Positions 19,201-29,400 are shown, counted from the first letter of the stretch. The stretch is 32,000 bases of DNA from Ignicoccus islandicus DSM 13165 (GCF_001481685.1 NZ_CP006867.1:270001-302000), one strand, 5' to 3'. Made by a program: numbers and translations. The notes: generated by a model from the sequence alone, not told the origin.

Positions 19201-19410
19201 GGAATAATCCTCGCGCCATGTCTTTGTTGAGGATAAAATTTAGACGAAGTAGAGTTCATTGGCTTAATCAATGTTCTTAAAGAGACTCAGAATGATGAAA
19301 AAGGTGAAAAGGCTTAATATGTTTTAGAGTTAATTATCCAGCCAGCAGAGTTTGCCGAAGCCATAACTTATAATCGAGAATAATCGATAGTAGGAAACGG
19401 ATGATGATGA

Positions 19411-21000
19411 TTGAGCCTGTTGGTCATATCGACATGGGGATTTTCGGGAAGCTGGAAGAGAGTTACTTACCGATTAGACGACCTACGGAAGGTTCTCGAA
19501 ACTCCGTTATCTTCTGAAGTCATTTCATGTAATGTACTGAAACTTTTTAAAGGAGAGAATATAAGGAGAGTAATACTCCTACCGATAACGCTCCTTGATA
19601 CCAAAGTCAACAACTTCGAGGAAGCAGAAGATGTGATACGGAATTCGATTATTGCATCGAATCCTGATGACAATTGCAAGAGAGATTTAGAAGAAATTCT
19701 ACACGATTCCCAAGTAAAAGTAGTCTTGGGTAGTGGGTATTTCCTTTCGAATACAAATCTTAATGAATTTATTGTGCCTTTTAGTAGCGTGTTGTCTGAC
19801 ATATACTTGAAAATATATGAGAGCTTGGAGGAAGCATATAACAATCCAAGGAGCGAGCTCAGAATTATTCTAGATATAACTCACGGCGTTAATTACTATC
19901 CAGTAAGTTTGAGAGCAGTAGTTGAGAAAATGTTAGCAATTATGAGTCATAGGGGAAGAACCAAGTTATACGTTGCTTCGAGCGATCCATTTATATCCTC
20001 ACGTAATAGTCAAAGCAAAGATATTGAAAAAAAGGTACTTAAGTATCACATAATTGAATGGAGAGAATTTCCGAAATCGAAAGTATTTTCGATGACCTCT
20101 AACATCAAACTTAAAAGCATTGTAAGGAGTCGCGACGAATTAAACACTCAACTTAGAGGGCTTAAGAGTATAGTAAAATACATAAAGCTATTAGAGGTCC
20201 CAAGCATCCTTGCGTGGAGTTATCTTAAGTATAAATTATATGAACCATTGAATAAGTGCGATAAAAATAGCATAGATAAGGCTAAGGAACTACTGGAAGA
20301 GATCAAGAAAGAAGCTAAACGGTTTAGTATCGAAGGGAATAAGTTTATTTTCCCAAAGGAATTCGACCCTGAGGGTATATTCGATTTAATATCGTTAATT
20401 GAAATTGGAAGAGCTCTCAGTGACTTAAATGGAAAAATTGAGGATAACCTATACGTAGTAAATCTCAAAGATTTGAAGAGTTATAATGAAAGGTATAGCG
20501 AATACATGGAAGCAGTATCTAAACATCTTTGGAAGAAGGAATTCGATGATTTGGTGAGAGCAGTTGAGCTATACCGAGAAAGGATACTTGATGCTAATGA
20601 AGCCCTAGAGGTAATTCCACTTAATGGTATCGAAAAGCTAGAACTTGATAATATTTTGATAGACAAGTTAAAGAAAATGGAAAAGAGGAAGATCCAAAGA
20701 AAGTTAGAGGAACTACGTAGTCTAATCTCGATGGGGTGGCTTCCATACTCGTTCCTTAAAGTTGAAGCTAGAAAGAAGAACGGTGAAGATAAGGACGAGA
20801 GCAAGGACAAGGAATACTTACTGAAAGAACTTATAAAAGAAGCGCTATGGTGGGCTGTCTGGGATAACTCACTTAACGAGAATTACGTAAGAAACTTCAT
20901 AGCTCATGCAGGCCTAGAGAAGAACCTAACTTTCGTGAGTAGCGAGAGCGTTGGTTACTATATTCCATACCTCGAGCAAATAATAAGTATTATGAAATGA
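19411..21000 (+). CDS. csx1: CRISPR-associated CARF-HEPN ribonuclease, Csx1 family
   Basis: 529-aa (TTG start); CARF-type N-terminus (LLVISTWGFSGSWKRVTYRL, IILDITHGVNYYPVSLRAVVE) and C-terminal HEPN active-site motif NYVRNFIAHAG; TATA-like CTTATAAT at 19367-19374; next to cmr genes. Confidence 0.92.
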   Translation: MSLLVISTWGFSGSWKRVTYRLDDLRKVLETPLSSEVISCNVLKLFKGENIRRVILLPITLLDTKVNNFEEAEDVIRNSIIASNPDDNCKRDLEEILHDSQVKVVLGSGYFLSNTNLNEFIVPFSSVLSDIYLKIYESLEEAYNNPRSELRIILDITHGVNYYPVSLRAVVEKMLAIMSHRGRTKLYVASSDPFISSRNSQSKDIEKKVLKYHIIEWREFPKSKVFSMTSNIKLKSIVRSRDELNTQLRGLKSIVKYIKLLEVPSILAWSYLKYKLYEPLNKCDKNSIDKAKELLEEIKKEAKRFSIEGNKFIFPKEFDPEGIFDLISLIEIGRALSDLNGKIEDNLYVVNLKDLKSYNERYSEYMEAVSKHLWKKEFDDLVRAVELYRERILDANEALEVIPLNGIEKLELDNILIDKLKKMEKRKIQRKLEELRSLISMGWLPYSFLKVEARKKNGEDKDESKDKEYLLKELIKEALWWAVWDNSLNENYVRNFIAHAGLEKNLTFVSSESVGYYIPYLEQIISIMK

Positions 21001-21089
21001 CGCAGAATCTTTGCATACTGCTCAAATGAGCTTGAGATAAGTCGAAAGTTGAATAACGCGGTTCATATACAAATCATGGGGATGAGTTC

Positions 21090-22607
21090 GTGGATTTAAC
21101 CCAGGAGGTTACAAGGAATTTCAATACATCTTTGTGGAGAGAATTAGGGAAGTTTACGAACTATACCCCCTTGATGGTGGGGGATTGGAAAGGCGATACC
21201 TATACTAAGGTTGGGAACAATAGAATTGTTACTGGAATACCTCGAGCTCAAGCACTCTTAAGTAGGGCACGTTATGCTACTACTTTAGCCCTAAGTTCCT
21301 ATTTAACGAATCCAAAGAGTTTCAATGAAGTATACGAAAAGGTGAAAGTAAAGAGTACAGTCGGAGCAATACCACTTCTATGTTTAATATACGGCTGTTC
21401 AGAGCCTCCCTTTTCATCACTGTTTAAGTTATCCCTCTCTGTTAATGTCAAGAAATGGAATGCATGGAATCCCGCTTACGCGAAGGCGAATAGATATCAC
21501 GCAATAATTTCGAGAGGCGAAAGAAGATACTCAAGGGGTCTAAAAAGTCCTTTGATTCCTGGAGCTATTGAAGTGGAAGTAAAGTATTTAATTGATAGTA
21601 ACAGAGCCAAAGCTTTAGGGTTGTCGGAAGATATTATAGATAGCATAAGAAACATCTTCGAATATAGCCTTAAAGTTGCACTGGTAGTCTTGGGTTTAGG
21701 AAAGGGGTCTAGTAGGGGGTTCGGTAAGTTCTGGTATAATGATAGAGGTCCTGCATGTAGAGATATTAAGGAGTTACTTGACGGATTGTTACTAGAGATC
21801 GAACATATACTTAAATACTTAATGAGTAAAGATCTACTAGTCAGTAAAGACATTCTCCTCAAACCTCTCAGTACAGAAACTATTGAAAGGAATAGAATGA
21901 TCCCCTTCTTCAAGAAGCCAGATGAACTTTGTAGTAATAAATTGTTCGTACGGAACGCGAGTGATTACGGAAGGAAAATAGAACTAATAGCTAAAGCTGT
22001 GTTAAAAGCCAATTGGAAAAAGGCGTCTCGTAGGAAGGGGTCTGGAAGCAACTTCCATACCTGGCCTCTAGGTCTACCCCGATCGTCTTCGATAAAGTGT
22101 ACTTGCAATGGTAAAGTGTATGAAAAAAGGAAGTATGGTTACTTGGTTTCCACAATAGCCATAGCTGATCTATATTGTGAAAATTTCTGTAAGTCTTTCG
22201 AAAGCGTAAGCGCAACTGATGCCAGAAGGGTCTCAATGATACATTTCGTTCCAACGTTAGACGGAATAGTAATACTTCCCCTTTTCGACTATTCCTTACT
22301 CCCTTTAATAAAGGGGGATAAGGGGAGGACCATTTATCATGTAAGTGGTAAATTCATGAAACATGAGAAGGTAAAAATACATTGCGACAGAACGTTTGTA
22401 AAACTAAAGAACGTTCTTATGAATAATAAACCCAAATCATCCTATCGAGGAGGTAATTGTTCTAAACCAACTTACGGTATATCTTTACCCCCGAACTCCC
22501 ATGGATTATTCCAAACCGAACCTAAGAGTATCGAAGATGCTTACGTAACAGCGCTCAACGCAGCTTTGCAATGGGTAATTTACATACTCAAGAATCCGCT
22601 GCTTTAA
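21090..22607 (+). CDS. cmr1: Type III-B CRISPR RAMP protein Cmr1
   Basis: TPLMVGDW near N-terminus, Gly-rich RAMP loop LGLGKGSSRGFGKFWY, position in cmr locus; 505 aa, long for this family with Cys cluster (IKCTCNG...DLYCENFCKSF). Confidence 0.82.
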   Translation: MDLTQEVTRNFNTSLWRELGKFTNYTPLMVGDWKGDTYTKVGNNRIVTGIPRAQALLSRARYATTLALSSYLTNPKSFNEVYEKVKVKSTVGAIPLLCLIYGCSEPPFSSLFKLSLSVNVKKWNAWNPAYAKANRYHAIISRGERRYSRGLKSPLIPGAIEVEVKYLIDSNRAKALGLSEDIIDSIRNIFEYSLKVALVVLGLGKGSSRGFGKFWYNDRGPACRDIKELLDGLLLEIEHILKYLMSKDLLVSKDILLKPLSTETIERNRMIPFFKKPDELCSNKLFVRNASDYGRKIELIAKAVLKANWKKASRRKGSGSNFHTWPLGLPRSSSIKCTCNGKVYEKRKYGYLVSTIAIADLYCENFCKSFESVSATDARRVSMIHFVPTLDGIVILPLFDYSLLPLIKGDKGRTIYHVSGKFMKHEKVKIHCDRTFVKLKNVLMNNKPKSSYRGGNCSKPTYGISLPPNSHGLFQTEPKSIEDAYVTALNAALQWVIYILKNPLL

Positions 22608-22655
22608 TTTGTCCACACAACGTAAATGACTGAAAAAATCTTTATTTAGAGTCAG

Positions 22656-22664
22656 CTTTATAAG
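22656..22664 (+). promoter_or_regulatory. Putative TATA box for the NTPase/deaminase insert
   Basis: CTTTATAAG about 34-42 nt upstream of the GTG start at 22698, in the 90-nt gap after cmr1. Confidence 0.5.
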
Positions 22665-22697
22665 TAGAATATAGATCTTCTCTATAGGGTTACTAAA

Positions 22698-23327
22698 GTG
22701 GCCAATAACGAACGCTTTAAAAAGTCTTTTACACCATGGATTCCGGATAAGGACACGTTCAAATGTCTCGAAAATACACGAGAAGAGTTACGTGAATTAA
22801 TTCAAGCAATACGTGACTTTTACGATGATTCAAGGGAGTACTTTAACGAATATATCGGGACGGGTGAATCAGAAACAGAAAGACTGATCAATAACTATAA
22901 AAAGTTATGCAGATACATCGAGTCAAGATCCAACGCCATATTCGTACATGGTCCGCCCGGAAGTGGAAAATCCACAATAATGGGTCACGCCTTGTGGTAT
23001 CTCTCAATTAATGAGGATTCGAGGTTTTCTGAACATCCGATTAATGTCCCGTTATATCTCCTCGGGATTCTTGATATAAGCTTACTACCCCCAAACGATA
23101 CCCTAATGCAATGGCTCTTTACACTGTTAGAAGAAAATACTAGGGAATTGATCGAACGTTACAATAAACTTGGCTATACTCGAGAAGAAGATATAGAGAA
23201 TATGAAAGAACTCAAAAGACATCTTAATAGTTTGAAGAAATATTTCCCATTCTTTGAAACGGGAATTGTAGACCTAGCAAAGTTTTTCTCGACGGATATA
23301 GAGGAATTGGAAGAGGTTGTTCAATAA
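22698..23327 (+). CDS. P-loop NTPase, apparently C-terminally truncated (candidate remnant of a RdrA-like ATPase)
   Basis: 209-aa; AIFVHGPPGSGKSTIMGHALWYL Walker A; LYLLGILDISLLPPNDTLMQWLFTLLEE; no recognizable sensor/arginine-finger region; stop followed by about 155 nt of broken frames. Confidence 0.75.
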   Translation: MANNERFKKSFTPWIPDKDTFKCLENTREELRELIQAIRDFYDDSREYFNEYIGTGESETERLINNYKKLCRYIESRSNAIFVHGPPGSGKSTIMGHALWYLSINEDSRFSEHPINVPLYLLGILDISLLPPNDTLMQWLFTLLEENTRELIERYNKLGYTREEDIENMKELKRHLNSLKKYFPFFETGIVDLAKFFSTDIEELEEVVQ

Positions 23328-23484
23328 ATTCTACGCTCAGGGTACGATATAAGACCTACAGAGTTCCTGAAGGCCCTAATTTTCTGCAGAATAATTTCAT
23401 TAGATCCTTTTACGATATGTCTATTTACCATAAGGAGTGAAGGCCTCGACAAGGTCGCATGAACCTACATCAATATTCACTTAA

Positions 23485-24000
23485 AATGATATAATAGACC
23501 TTTGGTCAAGATTACATCATATCAATTCCTTAAGGACCATTTTGATCAATGCAATGTATCCTTCAACTCTATTAATAAGTGAATTGAATATCGATCTCAA
23601 ACGTTTGCTCGGAACGCCGACTTACGTACCTGAACACATAATAAACCTTGCAAGAGAATACTTCCGGTTTTATAACAAACACTTTGACAGGTTAGATCTC
23701 ATAGAATTTATCACTAAGGATGGACAAATTGAGAGAACCAAAATTAAACGAATACTAGAAACGCTTAGATCCAAAATGATTAGTGAACTAAAAAAGAGAA
23801 ACATAGTAATAGAATCTTGCCCTACCTCCAACATGGTAATTACGTGGCAATTAGGTGAACATCCACTTGAGTGCTTCCTCAAAGAGGGCCTTAGAGTAGT
23901 AATTGGTACTGATGATCCAATGGTCTTGAATACCGATATACTATCGGAACTGGCTCTAGCTAAAGCATTAAGAACCCGTAGTTTAAATTTAACATTATAA
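23485..24000 (+). pseudogene. C-terminal fragment of an adenosine deaminase-fold protein (candidate RdrB/ADA-like remnant); called ORF is 23542..24000
   Basis: VIESCPTSNMVITWQLGEHPLECFLKEGLRVVIGTDDPMVLNTDILSELALA matches the adenosine deaminase C-terminal pattern (CPTSN...HPL...G..V..GTDDP). Hand translation shows the open frame extends upstream to 23485 (NDIIDLWSRLHHINSLRTILINAMYPS) without a start. The N-terminal HxH metal site is absent. Confidence 0.72.
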
Positions 24001-24022
24001 AATACTCAGCAATAGGATAAGC

Positions 24023-24031
24023 ATTATAACG
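24023..24031 (+). promoter_or_regulatory. Putative TATA box for cmr4-cmr5-cmr6-cas10-cmr3 operon
   Basis: CATTATAAC-type sequence about 40 nt upstream of the TTG start at 24069, in the gap after the deaminase fragment. Confidence 0.4.
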
Positions 24032-24068
24032 TCTGAGAATTAGGAGTAACCTCGGGTGTAATCTCTCA

Positions 24069-24938
24069 TTGAAAAACTTTGAGGATAAAGTTCTGCCAGC
24101 ATTAATGAGTGCAATTACCCACGTTCACGTTGGTTCTGGAAAAAGCTACGGTGATGTAGATCAACCAATAATTAGGGATCCCCTTGGAGTACCTTTCATA
24201 CCCGGTTCTTCCATAAAAGGAGCTCTCAAATCGAAGTTCCTAATTGAGAAGAATTGCGTAGAGAAGTGTAATGGGGACTGCGAGCAAGAGGAGAAATGTG
24301 AAGAGGAATGTTATCAAGTGTATTGCCTTTTCGGACCTGAAAGAGGAGATAAGGGGGCATCTAGAATAGTTGTTGCAGACTTCTATCCTCTTTTCGTTCC
24401 TATGCCATCGCTAAGTAGCGGATACGTTTACGTAACATCGAATTTCCTTTTGCAATATGCAGAAACTCTTAACGTTAAATTGGTAGAAGGGAAAGGAGAG
24501 AGTGAGGAAATATTCATTGGAACCCAGAAGATCAAAGCTGAAGTGGTTAGAATCAATGAACGTATCATAGAGATTCATCCATTTCTAAAGAATTTCTATA
24601 GAAAGGCGGACGGTAAGGGATACGTAACGGTGTACAAGATCAACGACAAGCATCTATTCCACCTCATAGATAGAGCGCTATTAAGACTCACGAGAGTTAA
24701 GATAGAGAGGACTACGAAGACTGCCGAACGTAATAAACTTTGGACTGAGGAATACCTACCTCACGGAACCATTCTGGTGGGCGCCTTCGTATACAGACCT
24801 TGGAGAAATGCTTGCTGCGAAAAATGCAAACATTGCGAGAACCTCTTAGAAGAGTTGAATGACATATTCTTCGTAGTTGGTGGTAAGGAAACGATTGGCA
24901 AGGGCTTGGCTAGAATCAAAGTAATGGAGGGAGCATAG
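24069..24938 (+). CDS. cmr4: Type III-B CRISPR RAMP protein Cmr4 with Cys-rich insertions
   Basis: THVHVGSGKSYGDVDQPIIRDPLGVPFIPGSSIKGALKSKF...CLFGPERGDKGASRIVVADFYPLFVP...VVGGKETIGKGLARI. Confidence 0.93.
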   Translation: MKNFEDKVLPALMSAITHVHVGSGKSYGDVDQPIIRDPLGVPFIPGSSIKGALKSKFLIEKNCVEKCNGDCEQEEKCEEECYQVYCLFGPERGDKGASRIVVADFYPLFVPMPSLSSGYVYVTSNFLLQYAETLNVKLVEGKGESEEIFIGTQKIKAEVVRINERIIEIHPFLKNFYRKADGKGYVTVYKINDKHLFHLIDRALLRLTRVKIERTTKTAERNKLWTEEYLPHGTILVGAFVYRPWRNACCEKCKHCENLLEELNDIFFVVGGKETIGKGLARIKVMEGA

Positions 24939-24939
24939 A

Positions 24940-25578
24940 ATGAGCGAAACGATAGCGACGGTAGCTAATCCCATGAAGTTAGCGCTAACTCACATTCTGA
25001 AAATAGAACGCCTTAGGAAGGAGTACCTTGAGAAACAGTTAGTGGAGGACAGCGAAAAGCTTGATCTCGGGGGATTCGTTACTCGAATGAAGCAATATCC
25101 GTCGCTCTTGATGAGTTCCGGTTTAGTAACTTCAGTAAGCTTCTATATATCGAAAATTGAAAAAGAGAAAGGATCCGGTGAAGCATTGAGACTTCTTTAC
25201 GAATACCTCACTACTAATCGCGATGAAAGTCATGAAGACGAAGAAAGATCAGTACTTGAAAAGTTGACTACTAGCGAATCAGTGAGGAAAGCAATTCTTA
25301 GTGAAATGAAGAGCGACGCGAAGGGGTACCTAATTGCATCAGCATTGCTAATAGCAGCTATAAGCGAGTTCTCACGGGCGATAGGCCTTGAATTGCCCGA
25401 TGAGGGAGAATTCCTAACGAAATTCATTGAATTCTTAAAGGAATTACTTGAGGACACATCGTTAGAAAATCTAATTCTATTAGAAAACTTGATGAGGGAG
25501 TACTCCATTGAGGTAAAGAGGCTTGTAGAGGCTTATAAGTCAATTGTATGGGAGGGTAAAGATAATGGAAAGGCCTGA
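24940..25578 (+). CDS. cmr5: Type III-B CRISPR protein Cmr5 (long form)
   Basis: 212-aa all-helical; VTRMKQYPSLLMSSGLVTSVSFYISK followed by Leu/Glu-rich helices; located between cmr4 and cmr6. Confidence 0.82.
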   Translation: MSETIATVANPMKLALTHILKIERLRKEYLEKQLVEDSEKLDLGGFVTRMKQYPSLLMSSGLVTSVSFYISKIEKEKGSGEALRLLYEYLTTNRDESHEDEERSVLEKLTTSESVRKAILSEMKSDAKGYLIASALLIAAISEFSRAIGLELPDEGEFLTKFIEFLKELLEDTSLENLILLENLMREYSIEVKRLVEAYKSIVWEGKDNGKA

Positions 25579-26476
25579 CTTAAAGGCGGAAGAAATGTAT
25601 GTAAGGGCAGTCCTCAGCGGAGGAGGTACTCTGGACGAGCGTTCCAAGAAGGCTATAGTAAGAATAATTACAGGCAACGTTTCATTTCTCCAGGAGATGC
25701 TTAAGCTATCGAAAGAGAACATGGAAGCCATCGAAACGGGATACGAGAAAGCCGGATATATGGTCGGATCAATAAATGTGGTCCTCAAGTCAGAGGGCTT
25801 AGTGGGTATAGGTTCTGGCGCTTTTAAGTCAATCTTTGAGGTTGGCCTAAATATCGATCCTATCTTAGGTTTACCCTACTATCCGGGATCTGGGATTAAA
25901 GGCGCAGTGAGATCGTTCATCGAAAGCTTCTTACCTTCGGGGAAAGGAATTGAATACTTGGAGGAGATATTTGGTTCAAGTAGAGCTAATAAGGGTGAGG
26001 AGGTCAGCTCAAGTGATGGTTCGAGTGGAGCCGAAGGCATGATAGTGTTCTCAGATATGTATCCAATAGGTTGCAAGAGTGGTGGGTGCTCGATATATAC
26101 ACCACTAGTAATTACTCCACATTACTTCAAAGGCGGTAAGGTAGTTGATACGGAGTTAGACGTTCAGCCAGTCCCCGTTGTACACATAGGTATATCAAAG
26201 GACTTGGTATTCAAATTAATAATAGCTATTAGGAAGGACTTGAAAGAACGATTAATGAAAAACCTGAAAGGGATATTCGAAATGATCAAGAAAAGCGATG
26301 GAACGACCCCTCTTTTCAAAGGAATTAGAGAAGATCCCTTAATCGCGATAGGTTTGATTACTATATATACTCTAAATATGGGTATCGGAGCGAGATCGGC
26401 TAAAGGCTATAACTTGTTCGAACCGTATTCGGGTCCCCTTGCATTCAAAGTTAGTAAGTACGTTCTAAGGAGGTAA
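25544..26476 (+). CDS. cmr6: Type III-B CRISPR RAMP protein Cmr6 (start probably nearer 25571)
   Basis: LVGIGSGAFKSIFEVGLNIDPILGLPYYPGSGIKGAVRSFIE...GMIVFSDMYPIG...TPLVITPHYF. Confidence 0.92.
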   Translation: MYGRVKIMERPDLKAEEMYVRAVLSGGGTLDERSKKAIVRIITGNVSFLQEMLKLSKENMEAIETGYEKAGYMVGSINVVLKSEGLVGIGSGAFKSIFEVGLNIDPILGLPYYPGSGIKGAVRSFIESFLPSGKGIEYLEEIFGSSRANKGEEVSSSDGSSGAEGMIVFSDMYPIGCKSGGCSIYTPLVITPHYFKGGKVVDTELDVQPVPVVHIGISKDLVFKLIIAIRKDLKERLMKNLKGIFEMIKKSDGTTPLFKGIREDPLIAIGLITIYTLNMGIGARSAKGYNLFEPYSGPLAFKVSKYVLRR

Positions 26477-26481
26477 TAGGT

Positions 26482-29400
26482 ATGGACTGCAATGGATTAC
26501 TAAAAAAGAAAATTGTTGCATTGCTTCACGATACACCCGAGAAAACGTGGCTAATGTACACTCGCACAAGACACGAAGATTACGCTAAAAATAGAATAAG
26601 AGAGCTTTACGGAGAAGATTACTTAGAATACCTTAGGGATGTAAAAAAGTACGACGTTATCTCCTCTACTATTGATAGATGGGTCATACCATCGCGTACG
26701 ATAATACCTCGAGTCGTCAGGTTACTCAACCCGTTCGATCCAAGCTTTTACTACGAAGTTGATATAGGACAGATTGATAAAGAAAAAGTGAATGAGTATT
26801 GGCGTAGCCTCAGAGAGTGCTTAGGTAAGTTAAGTAACGATAGAGAAAGATACCATGTTCAATACGCACTCATGGAACTGTTATGGTATAAGATAGTGGG
26901 AAGTCCTCTCCCGGCAGATACTAGGTTCCCTACGCATACCGTTTTCGATCACGTTTACTCGACGGCGTCTGTAGTTAATATCTACCACGAAGGGAAGTTC
27001 ACAGGTTTCTTAGTAGAGGTTGATATACCGGGTATTCAAAACTTCGTGAGTGGTGGACGAAGACCCGGAGATTGGTGGATTAGAAGTTGGCTGATTTCCG
27101 CGATAACGTGGTATTTAATAAAGGATCTCGTCTGGGAGTTCGGACCAGATATACTATTGAGCCCGAGCGCTCGGTACAATCCCTTCTATTATTCGACCAT
27201 TTTAGAAAAAATTCCATTTATCAGTAAATGCATCAGTTCAGATAATCTAGATGAGGCAGAGAAGAAATTTGTTAAAAGTCTCATTACGCCCGATCAACCG
27301 TTGATGCCAGCTACGGTGACCTTGTTACTTCCTAAGTGCTCTCTAGAGTTCATATTAAGAGATGTTTCTACCTCAGATACCTATGATGCGATAAGGCAGT
27401 ATTTTAAGCAGTATTTTAAGAAGAGATTGGAAGAGGTATGGAAAAATATAGTTAACGAGCTACAGAGAAGCCTAGATAGAAAGTTGAATGACGATAAAGC
27501 TTGGCAGAATCAATTTGAAGGAGTCAGATATTGCTTAGAAAGTTGTAACGACAGTATAACGTATGAAGACCTCAAGAGAATAATAGAAAGAGCGGAAAAG
27601 CCTCCCTTCGAAATTAGAGTTACAGTCATAGATATAGAAAAAGCCTACGAAGACTTTCGCAATATTTTCAATTCTCAAAAAAGCGAAATTAGGAATAGAA
27701 TAAACCAACGTTTAAATGGAACGAAAAGGAAACTGGAAATAGGGAAAGACGTCTTCCCTTATTCTAAAGACATTGATGATGTAATGAACGATTTAGAAAA
27801 GAAACTATTCTTTCACTGGCTCCTCACTAAAAAATATCCCGAGGAGGTGCATAGAGTAAAGAGTATTAGTATAGACCCATTGCTTCTAGATAGTTGGACG
27901 CTCGAGATCACTAACGCTAGGTATAGTAAGTATAGCGAGAAAACGGCGCTTACGTGCACTTGCGGTAGACCAGCTGCAATCCATAATCCAAGGGACGAAC
28001 CCACCTCAATCCTCAGATCACACGAGGCCCTTTGTCCATACTGCTTCGTCCTAAGATTGCTTCAATATAATACTGACGCTCTAACTCGTCTGGTGCCTTC
28101 CGGAGAAATTAGAGTGCCGAAGATAGTGACCTCCACCTTGGCAGCTCTACCCGAATTGATTGAATGGTTCCTTAACGATAAAGAAGTGATTGAGTTCCTA
28201 GATCAAGAAGGTAATAAAATAGAGGTTAAAGGTGATCAACTACGATATTTGCTATTAGAGACATTGAAGCAACATAATCCTCCGATACGTAGTACTTCGT
28301 TTCCTCACGGTTACAATACTCGCTTTCACTTAAACCTTGAAGAGCTGGTAGATGAACTGCAAAGGATCGATAAGATTACATCACTAATAGTAGTTCCTTC
28401 TAACCTTAAAGACATGCTTTCCAATCCTTCTGAACAACAGTTGTACTTGAAGGTATCGTTAAGTAATAAAACAAGTAAGCATTTACGCGTACTTAACTCC
28501 TTAAATAAGTATATAGTGATGATAAGGGCTGACGCCGATAATATGGGTGATCTCAAAAGAGGTGCATTAGGTTATAGTACTAGAGATTACTTCAACAAGG
28601 TTTTCGAACATCTCAAGATTTACAGTGTTAATGATAAAGATGCAGAACTATACAGTGCGGCAAGTAGTATTATAGAAAGCGTACTGGAAAGGTTTTATGA
28701 AAGTTACCCAAGGGAGGTTTCTAAGGACTCTAAGAAGAATGACGGCTCACAGCAACTCCCTACCACGTTAGTCACGCCAACGTACTTATCCCAGCTTTCT
28801 TATTCGCTGATGATAGAAGCTATACTGGATAAGGAAATAATCGAAAGTAACTATGGCATAGTAATATTCTCTGGAGGAGACGATCTACTAGCCCTCCTTC
28901 CAGCTAGGAGCGTCTTTAGTAAATCTCCTATACCCCCTCTTAGAGATTTGGAATCACTACTCTCTAACGAATTGCTAAACCTAGTAAAGAGGTTCTACTA
29001 CTCTCCAGCGCTCTGGGTTTGGTGGCTAACCAGACTCAATCACTGGGGATTGCTTAAGGGAATAGATGGATTCAGACATACTAAAAGCTTCTTTGCTCCG
29101 GCCTTAGTAGCCTATGGGCGGAGCTACGGGATAGCCGTGAGACATTACCGTGATCCCTTGGCCAAGGTCTTTGAAGACGTGAAAGATCTAGAAGATAAAG
29201 CGAAACATCAGAAAGAAGAGGTCACTAAAGATAAAGTAAAAGATGGAGTAAGCGTAAGCTACGGCCGATTAGGGGCGGAAGGCGTTGCTCTGTCGAATAC
29301 ATTAGGCACGAAGGAGAAGCGCGATTTACGAGAGCGTAACTCCTTGGGTCCTTTCGTGGCTACCTTTGCATCTCTCCATTACCAAGGTTTAAGCAATAAT

